From: Polyangiaceae bacterium
GTDB taxonomy: Bacteria > Myxococcota_A > Polyangia > Polyangiales > Polyangiaceae
Length of the DNA stretch: 26,786 nucleotides
Assembly: GCA_044222475.1 (NCBI GenBank)
Contig: JBGANF010000098.1
Location: 1 to 26,786 of the forward strand
Direction: 5' to 3'
Shown: piece after piece, positions 20,465-26,786 of the stretch
Numbering within the stretch: the stretch's first letter is position 1
How the letters are laid out: each line of letters starts with the position of its first letter
Translations under genes and position numbers: made by a program
The notes under the pieces: model-generated
What the model was told of the DNA's origin: nothing
What the model saw: the letters and a program-made list of their open reading frames with translations, nothing else
The model's database searches: none

Positions 20465-21490
20465 TCAGTTCTTCCAGAAGAACTTCCACGGGTTGTGCTT
20501 GAGGTCGCGCGACATCTCCTGGAGATCGTCGTAGAGCGCTTCGTCCATCACGAGGGCACCGACGGTGCCTTCACCCTTCTTGATGTGGGCGACGATGTCC
20601 TGCGTGTCCTTCGCGATCGCGTTGGCGCGTGATGCGAGCTCGGCGATGTCGGCGAGTGTCTTCTTCAGCTTGGCCTGACCGTCGGCGTCGCCGACCGCGG
20701 CCGACGCGCCCTTGATGTTCGCGAGCGCTTCTTTCGCGTCCTTCAGCAGCGGTCCGGAGTCGGTCGCGAGCGCGGCGCTGAGCTTGTCGATGTTGTCGAT
20801 GGTGCGATCGATCTTCGGGTTGTTGACGTACTTGCCGTGCGCGTCCTTGGTGAGCGCGTCCGCTTCGTGCGTCAGGTCCTCGAGGTTCTGCATGATGCGA
20901 TCGATGCGCTCGCGGTTGCCGGTCACTGCGCCGTTGAGCCCGGCGAGGAGACCGGCGGTGTTCTGGACGATCTCCTTCACGAGATCCTTGTTGTTGTTGA
21001 GCCCGGTGACCGTCATGTCGAGGAGCTCGTAGGCCTTCGCGAAGAAGAGATCGAGCCGGGGCGGCCCGATGCCATGAGGGATCGTCTTGTCGGGATCGAG
21101 CACCGGCTTCGTCGGGTTGCCCGGCTCGATCTCGAGGAACTGCTCGCCGAGGACGCCTTGCGTCGTGACGTAGAACTGAGCGTCCTCTCGAATCGAGTCG
21201 CGGTACTTCTGCTTCACGTCGAGCTTGGCGCGGACCATCGTTCGTCGTCCCGTTTTGGGATCGAGCTCGCCGCCGCGGAACTGGAGCTCGTCGACCTTGC
21301 CGACCTGCACGCCGGCGATCTTCACCGGCGCGCCGGTCTGGAGACCGCCGGGGTTGTCGAAGTCGACGTAGATCGAATAGGTCCGCTCGAAGCTGAGCCC
21401 GCCCATCAAGAGGACGAAGCCGCCGAGGATGCCCAGCGCGACGAGGATGAGGAGGCCGACCTTGACTTCGATGGACCGCTCTTTCGACAT
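20465..21490 (-). CDS. MlaD/MCE-family protein with long helical C-terminus
   Basis: EVKVGL + TM, F....GLQTGAPVKIAGVQVGKV, GVLGEQFLEI.PG, GTVGALVMD..LYD, DLKHNPWK; ATG 21490. Confidence 0.92.
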   Translation of the reverse strand: MSKERSIEVKVGLLILVALGILGGFVLLMGGLSFERTYSIYVDFDNPGGLQTGAPVKIAGVQVGKVDELQFRGGELDPKTGRRTMVRAKLDVKQKYRDSIREDAQFYVTTQGVLGEQFLEIEPGNPTKPVLDPDKTIPHGIGPPRLDLFFAKAYELLDMTVTGLNNNKDLVKEIVQNTAGLLAGLNGAVTGNRERIDRIMQNLEDLTHEADALTKDAHGKYVNNPKIDRTIDNIDKLSAALATDSGPLLKDAKEALANIKGASAAVGDADGQAKLKKTLADIAELASRANAIAKDTQDIVAHIKKGEGTVGALVMDEALYDDLQEMSRDLKHNPWKFFWKN

Positions 21491-21715
21491 GGCCGGCAGC
21501 TTACTCCAGGGAAGGACCTGTTGCGCAGCGCCAGGAGGATGGTGATGTTTTGGAGCGCAGAAGTTGAACTGGTTGATTTCAGCGCCCTTTCCCCCCGTGA
21601 ATGGGCGACGGCATTGGAGCATCGTACTCTTAGCGTGAGCCCTGCCTTCCGTGGGCAATCAGCGCAGCCCGTGTTAAGCCGCTAGTTGGAATTTCCCATT
21701 TTGGAGCACCGAGCC

Positions 21716-23113
21716 ATGCACTACTTGCGCGTCACCAAAACCGCTGCTTTGACGTTGGGGATCGCAATGATGGCGCTCGGTGTCGCCGGGTGCGGAGACT
21801 CCACCAACCCCGGCACCCCCGACAGCTCCACGGACGCCAGCGTCGAGGCGGATGCCGGACCGCCCGACGTGACCCAAGAGCCCGATGTCGACGTCCCGGA
21901 CGTCACGCCGCCCACCAAGTACAACGACATCACCAACGGCAAGCTCTGGGAGACGTTCGACACGACGACGCTCTCGCTGACCGCACGCGGCTACACCGGC
22001 ATCGGGTACGACGGGCGATACGTCTACTTCGTCCCGTACGACACCAACACGCGGTCGGGCGTGATCGCGCGCTACGACCAGACGTTGCCTTTCGCGTCGG
22101 GCGCGTCGTGGGCGACGTTCGATCTCGCGACGATCGACCCGCAGGCGAAGGGCTTCATCGGGAGCTCGTTCGACGGCAAGTACCTCTACCTCAGCCCCTT
22201 CCACGACGGGACGGACTACAGCGGCAAGGTCGCCCGGCTCGACACGACGGCGAACTTCACCGCGGCTCAGTCGTGGACGTTCTTCGACGCGACGACGGTC
22301 AACGCGAGCTCCAAGGGCTTCGCGGGAAGCGTCTTCGACGGGCGGTACATCTACTTCATGCCGTACTACAACGGCGCGTACGACGGGCTCGTCACCCGCT
22401 ACGACACGAAGGCGAGCTTCACCGCGTCAGGGTCTTGGTCAGACCTGCACGACGTGCAGCCGCAGAGCGCCGACGCCCGCGGCTTCGTGAGTGGCACGTT
22501 CGACGGTCGCTACGTGTACCTGTCGCCGTCGTTCGCCCCGAACGCCGTGTTCACCCGCTTCGACACGACGGGCAATTTCACCGACGACAACGCGTGGACG
22601 TTATATCCCATCGTCGGGCTCGACCCGAACGCCGGCCAGTACACCGGCGCCGTGTTCGACGGGAAATACGTTTACTACGCGCCCTCCGGGTACAACTCGG
22701 GAACGCGCTTCGACACGACGAAGCCCTTCACCGACAACGGAAGCTGGACCACCTTCGACATCACCAAGGTCGACGCCAACGCGAAGAGCTACGTAGGTGT
22801 CGTCTTCGACGGTCGCTACGTCACGTTCATCCCGAGCGGCCGCGCCAAGCCGCATGGCGTCGTCGCTCGGTACGACACGCAGGCTGCGTTCGGGGTCAAC
22901 GGGTCGTGGCAGACGTTCGACCTCAAGACGGTCAACATCAAGGCCATCGGCTTCTACGGCGGCGGGTTCGACGGCCGCCACATCTACATGGCCGAGTATT
23001 GGGACGGCGTGGTGCCGAACGGCATGGTCCTCCGCTTCGATGCGAAGTCGCCGCCGAGCGTCCCGCCGTCCTACCTGCCGAAGTTGACGACCGGCATTGC
23101 GACGCTCTTCTGA
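21716..23113 (+). CDS. Lipoprotein with seven FDG(R/K)Y repeats, predicted beta-propeller
   Basis: Lipobox VAGC, Asp/Pro linker, seven roughly 50-aa repeats W..FD...G(F/Y).G..FDGRY.Y..P...R(Y/F)DT; GGAG upstream of ATG 21716. Confidence 0.8.
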   Translation: MHYLRVTKTAALTLGIAMMALGVAGCGDSTNPGTPDSSTDASVEADAGPPDVTQEPDVDVPDVTPPTKYNDITNGKLWETFDTTTLSLTARGYTGIGYDGRYVYFVPYDTNTRSGVIARYDQTLPFASGASWATFDLATIDPQAKGFIGSSFDGKYLYLSPFHDGTDYSGKVARLDTTANFTAAQSWTFFDATTVNASSKGFAGSVFDGRYIYFMPYYNGAYDGLVTRYDTKASFTASGSWSDLHDVQPQSADARGFVSGTFDGRYVYLSPSFAPNAVFTRFDTTGNFTDDNAWTLYPIVGLDPNAGQYTGAVFDGKYVYYAPSGYNSGTRFDTTKPFTDNGSWTTFDITKVDANAKSYVGVVFDGRYVTFIPSGRAKPHGVVARYDTQAAFGVNGSWQTFDLKTVNIKAIGFYGGGFDGRHIYMAEYWDGVVPNGMVLRFDAKSPPSVPPSYLPKLTTGIATLF

Positions 23114-23116
23114 GCG

Positions 23117-24271
23117 ATGAGGCTGCCGCTCGCAGCGCTGGCGCTTCTCGGCGTTCTCGCGTGCGAGCCGGCAACCGCACCGCCACCGCGGACGACCGCC
23201 GTCGCGAAGACCCCTGACGGTCGCATCGACATGTTCGGGCCCGAGGCGCCGAACTGGCCGATGTTCCGCCACGATTTCACTCATGCGGCGCGGAACGCGG
23301 TCGCGCGGAAGGAGGTCCCGCAGATCGCGTGGACGTTCGCCACCCAGGGTGAGGTGTGGTCCTCGCCGGTGATCGGCCTCGACGGCACGATCTACGTGGG
23401 CTCGGTCGACGGGCGCCTCTATGCGCTCGATCCGAACGGCAAGCTCCTCTGGATGTACGAGACGTTCGCAGCGATCTGGTCGGCTCCGGCCGTCGCGCGC
23501 GATGGCACCGTGTACGTGGGGAGCGTCGACCACAACCTCTACGCCATCAAGGAGGGCAAGCTCCGTTGGCACGTCGAGACGGGCAACTGCACCTTCTCGT
23601 CGCCGACCATCGCGTCCGACGGAACCATCTACATCGGCTCGAACGACCGCAAGGTCTACGGGATCTCACCGAGCGGTACGATCCTCTTCGCCGCCGAAGC
23701 CACCGGGGCAGTGACGGCGTCGACGACCGTGCTCCCCGACGGGAACCTCGCCTTCGGCACGTCTCACCACGACGTCCAGATCATCACGCCGGCCGGCGCG
23801 CTGCTCGAGACGCTGTCGGTCGGCGGGCCGGTCCGCGGCACGGCTGCGGTCGCCCCCGACGGCGGGTTCTACGTCCCGTCCCAAGATGGGATCCTCTACG
23901 CGTTCGGCCCGGACCACGCCATCCGCTGGAAGACGCCGCCCACGAGCTCGATCGACGGCTCGCCGGCGGTCGGCGCCGACGGCACCGTGTACTTCGGCTC
24001 CCAGGACGGCTCGGTGAGCGCCTGGGCGAGCGACGGAACGAAGCGATGGTCGGTGAAGACGGGGGGCCCCGTTCTGTCGTCGCCAGCGATCGCCGGTGAT
24101 GGCACGGTGTGGGTCGGCTCCGAGGACGGAACCCTCTACGGGATCGCGCCGAACGGCGTCGACGGGCTCGCCTACAAGACCGGCGGTCCGATCGACTCGT
24201 CGCCGGCGATCGGGCCGCTCGGCGAGATCGTCGTCGGTTCTCGCGACAAGTCCGTCTACCTCTTGCGATAG
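23117..24271 (+). CDS. PQQ-binding-like (BamB-like) 8-repeat beta-propeller lipoprotein
   Basis: Lipobox VLAC, WPMFRHD..H, eight SSP.I..DGT.Y.GS.DG.LYA-type repeats. Confidence 0.88.
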   Translation: MRLPLAALALLGVLACEPATAPPPRTTAVAKTPDGRIDMFGPEAPNWPMFRHDFTHAARNAVARKEVPQIAWTFATQGEVWSSPVIGLDGTIYVGSVDGRLYALDPNGKLLWMYETFAAIWSAPAVARDGTVYVGSVDHNLYAIKEGKLRWHVETGNCTFSSPTIASDGTIYIGSNDRKVYGISPSGTILFAAEATGAVTASTTVLPDGNLAFGTSHHDVQIITPAGALLETLSVGGPVRGTAAVAPDGGFYVPSQDGILYAFGPDHAIRWKTPPTSSIDGSPAVGADGTVYFGSQDGSVSAWASDGTKRWSVKTGGPVLSSPAIAGDGTVWVGSEDGTLYGIAPNGVDGLAYKTGGPIDSSPAIGPLGEIVVGSRDKSVYLLR

Positions 24272-24278
24272 CAGCGCC

Positions 24279-25355
24279 TCAGAACGCGTAGCTCGCGCTG
24301 AGGCCGCCGCCGAACCCGGCGTCGGTCCAGCTGCGGGCCATGTAGCCCACTCGGAGCACGAGGCCGAAGCCTCGACCGAGGTCGACGCTCGTGTCGAGCA
24401 GGAGGCGGGCACCGGCGCGCGATGCGTTCGGCATGTTCGTCACCTCGACGATCGGCGAGAAGAGGAGTCGCTTTCCGGCCGGGACGTCCAGCTTCGCGTA
24501 GCCGCGACCGCCGAACCGCTGGATGCCCTCTCCGCCGAGCGTCAGGCGCGCTCCGTAGGGATCGCCCAAGAGAATCGCTCCACCGGCGCCGACCGCGAAG
24601 CCGACCTCGGTGACGCTGGTGAGGAACTCGCCTTCGAAGTGGAGCCAGTCGGTGGCGCGGATCCGAATTCGGGGAGCACCGTAGTTGAGCCCGACGTTCG
24701 GGTCGGCCCCGAATCCGGCGACCGCCGAGCTTCCCCGAACGACGCCGAAGCGGATGCCGAACTCGCTGACCGTGCGGAGGATGCGATACGTGTAGGATGC
24801 ATCCGTTCGCCAGTATGCGTCGCGGACGTCGTACGGTTTTCCGTTCACGTCGTACGCGGTGCCGTTGCCGAAGTAGACGCCTTCGCCCGACACCGTGAGG
24901 ACGCTCCGCCGGCCGCCGACGCGCTCGAGCTGCGCGCGGTCCCGCAGGTCGCCGAGGTCGCCGAGCAGGTGGACCTCGTGGAGGTCCTCGCGGGTCGCGA
25001 AGACGGGTCGCCGCGCGCCATCGAGCGCCTCGACCTCGATCGCGTAAGCGAGGGTCCCATGCAGCTGTTCGGAGGGGATCGCCGCGACGTAGTCCTGCGC
25101 CCCGCGGACGAGGTCGAGCTCGTGGAGCTCCGGTGTCTCGGTTCGGTACACGACGACGACGCGCTTCGAGAGGTCCGGTCGCTCGATCTGAGCGCGGATC
25201 GTCAAGCTCTCGGCAGCGGGAGCCGACGTGATCGGGGCGTGGTGGACTCGCGTCGTCGCGCCCGGTGCGAACGTGGGTACGACGTCCGCGGCGTAGGCGA
25301 CGCCGGGGAAGGCGGCACCGAGCACGACGGCGACGAGGAGGTTTCGGATCACCAT
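24279..25355 (-). CDS. Secreted protein: Ig-like domain plus predicted outer-membrane beta-barrel
   Basis: Real start is ATG 25355 (MVIRNLL..AYA signal peptide), overlapping the upstream stop; amphipathic Gly-rich strands; terminal SASYAF resembles a BAM beta-signal. Confidence 0.7.
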   Translation of the reverse strand: MVIRNLLVAVVLGAAFPGVAYAADVVPTFAPGATTRVHHAPITSAPAAESLTIRAQIERPDLSKRVVVVYRTETPELHELDLVRGAQDYVAAIPSEQLHGTLAYAIEVEALDGARRPVFATREDLHEVHLLGDLGDLRDRAQLERVGGRRSVLTVSGEGVYFGNGTAYDVNGKPYDVRDAYWRTDASYTYRILRTVSEFGIRFGVVRGSSAVAGFGADPNVGLNYGAPRIRIRATDWLHFEGEFLTSVTEVGFAVGAGGAILLGDPYGARLTLGGEGIQRFGGRGYAKLDVPAGKRLLFSPIVEVTNMPNASRAGARLLLDTSVDLGRGFGLVLRVGYMARSWTDAGFGGGLSASYAF

Positions 25356-26786
25356 GAGTACTCCACTGCGGCGCCGCCGCCGGGACCTGCGTGATTGATG
25401 GTTCGCCCTTGGTACGACGCGCGGAGCGCGGCCGTGAAGCGGTCGGTGATGCGGAATCCGGCTTGCGCGATGAGGCGCACGCCCACGTCTCCGCCGGAGG
25501 TTCCGATCGGCTGATTGGTCACCTCGGTTCGGAACATGATCGGCCAGCGCGGCGCGGCGCTCCACTCGAGCTGCGCGATCCCCCGCAAGCCGACTCCGCT
25601 CAGCACCTCGCCGCCGACCAGCAGGTTCGTCTTGCGATCGCTGCCGATGCGCATGAACCCCTGCATGCCGCCGCCGATGCCGTCCTGCCCGAGACCGACC
25701 ACGGCGCGGACCACGATGGAGTAGATCGTCGCCGGCGCGAGCTCGGTCTCGAGGTAGCCGTACGTGAGACCGACCTTCGACGGGCCGGTGGGAGAGTCGA
25801 GTTGATCGAGCGTCCCTCCGACGCCGCGATACACGCCGAAGCCGGTGCGGATGGCGCGCACGCCGGTGTCCCCGAAGCGCACTCCGAAGAGCCCTTCGGT
25901 CTGCGACGCGTAGTCGTCGAACTTCTTCGTGTTCCACGTCGCGAAGTCGGTCCAGAGCGAGAACTGGATGCGCACGGGGATCGGCGCCATCGGGCTCGGC
26001 TTGTCGCGGACCTCGATCGCGAGCGGTACCTCGGACGTGCCTTCGACCGGGACCATGGCGCCATCGGAGCCCGACGCTTCGATGAAGTACTTCACCCGCG
26101 GGGTCGCGACGAGCGCCGGCGGGATGGTCGCTGCGAAGTACCCGTCGCCCTCGCGCTTCATCGGCATCGGGACGTAGCCGGACTTCTCGGACGAGTAGGC
26201 GAAGAGGACGGCGCCTTGGTAGTCGCCGCTCAGCTCGATCGCCACCTCGAGCGGCGTGTTCGCGAACGCGTCGGTGGCGGCGCGGAAGCTCTTCGCCTCG
26301 ACCGGGTTGCTCTTCGGCGCCGCGGCGACCGGCGCCGCCACCGGGGCGGCGTCTGCCTTGCGCAGAGCGGCGGCCTCCTCGATCAGCACCGTCACGAAGC
26401 GCGACTGCGGGTGGGTGCGAGCGTACGCCTCGTAAGCGGCGGCGCGGAACTGCGGGGTCTTCTCTCGAAGCGACTCGAAGAGCGCCGAAAGAGACTGCGC
26501 GTCGGCGTCCACGTTCGTCGGCGCCGGGACCGGAACGACGGCGATCGGTGGCGGCAGCGTCGTGACCGGTAGCGTCGCCTTGGCGAGGCGCACGACGTCG
26601 CCGGGTTGGGGCACGCGCGTGAGCTCGCCGCTCGGCTGCGCGAGCGCGAGGTTCGGTCGCACTTGGGTGAGGCGGAGCTTCCCCACCAGGAATCGATCGG
26701 TGAGCATCTGCCCGGTCACCGGGTGCTTGATGCGCACCGTGCGCCACAGCTCGACCGTGGTCCCGTCGGACGCGCCGCGTGACGTC
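25349..26786 (-). CDS. Paralog of the downstream gene (5'-truncated): extra N-terminal domain, Ig-like domain, predicted beta-barrel
   Basis: Frame is open to the window edge; IKHPVTG..L...VGKLRLTQV N-terminal motif; terminal AAVEYSW; shares several motifs with 24279-25355. Confidence 0.7.
   Translation of the reverse strand, partial: TSRGASDGTTVELWRTVRIKHPVTGQMLTDRFLVGKLRLTQVRPNLALAQPSGELTRVPQPGDVVRLAKATLPVTTLPPPIAVVPVPAPTNVDADAQSLSALFESLREKTPQFRAAAYEAYARTHPQSRFVTVLIEEAAALRKADAAPVAAPVAAAPKSNPVEAKSFRAATDAFANTPLEVAIELSGDYQGAVLFAYSSEKSGYVPMPMKREGDGYFAATIPPALVATPRVKYFIEASGSDGAMVPVEGTSEVPLAIEVRDKPSPMAPIPVRIQFSLWTDFATWNTKKFDDYASQTEGLFGVRFGDTGVRAIRTGFGVYRGVGGTLDQLDSPTGPSKVGLTYGYLETELAPATIYSIVVRAVVGLGQDGIGGGMQGFMRIGSDRKTNLLVGGEVLSGVGLRGIAQLEWSAAPRWPIMFRTEVTNQPIGTSGGDVGVRLIAQAGFRITDRFTAALRASYQGRTINHAGPGGGAAVEYSW

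Noticed and set aside
21491..21715. AT-richer intergenic region with TTGGAGC three times (21550, 21614, 21701) as a CRISPR, riboswitch or ncRNA
   Set aside because: Repeats are only 7 nt and irregularly spaced, and the last is probably the RBS; most simply a divergent promoter region.
23117..24271. True bamB or PQQ dehydrogenase
   Set aside because: Generic SSP..DGT.Y.GS repeats, no bamB-type gene context and too short for a quinoprotein dehydrogenase, so no symbol was assigned.

Overview
High-GC bacterial chromosome segment; protein style (MYXO-CTERM-like protease tail, DUF4388-like protein, Asp/Pro-rich lipoprotein linkers) suggests Myxococcota, probably Polyangiales (inference). Housekeeping genes: dnaE (5'-truncated), pyrF, an RlmB/TrmH methyltransferase, a stand-alone biotin carrier and an MlaD/MCE protein. 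The best candidate for an undescribed system is a translationally coupled minus-strand operon (13738->6861). It encodes an UPF0104/LPG-synthase-type flippase fused to a domain resembling a GMC-dehydrogenase small subunit, a GMC oxidoreductase, two extended SDRs and a GT-C-like membrane glycosyltransferase, and lies directly downstream of a MoxR ATPase with no VWA partner in the window. It looks like a module that redox-remodels, flips and transfers a lipid-linked sugar. Also notable: a tandem paralog pair of single-pass coiled-coil proteins with an SSVLFSLKELM N-terminus and a DPLxxCL tail; a 7-repeat FDGRY propeller lipoprotein paired with an 8-repeat PQQ-like one; two paralogous Ig-like + beta-barrel proteins; and a CGCCAGG-type palindromic element overlapping the protease 3' end. 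No rRNA, tRNA, CRISPR array or transposase was recognised. All calls come from motif reading; no searches were run.
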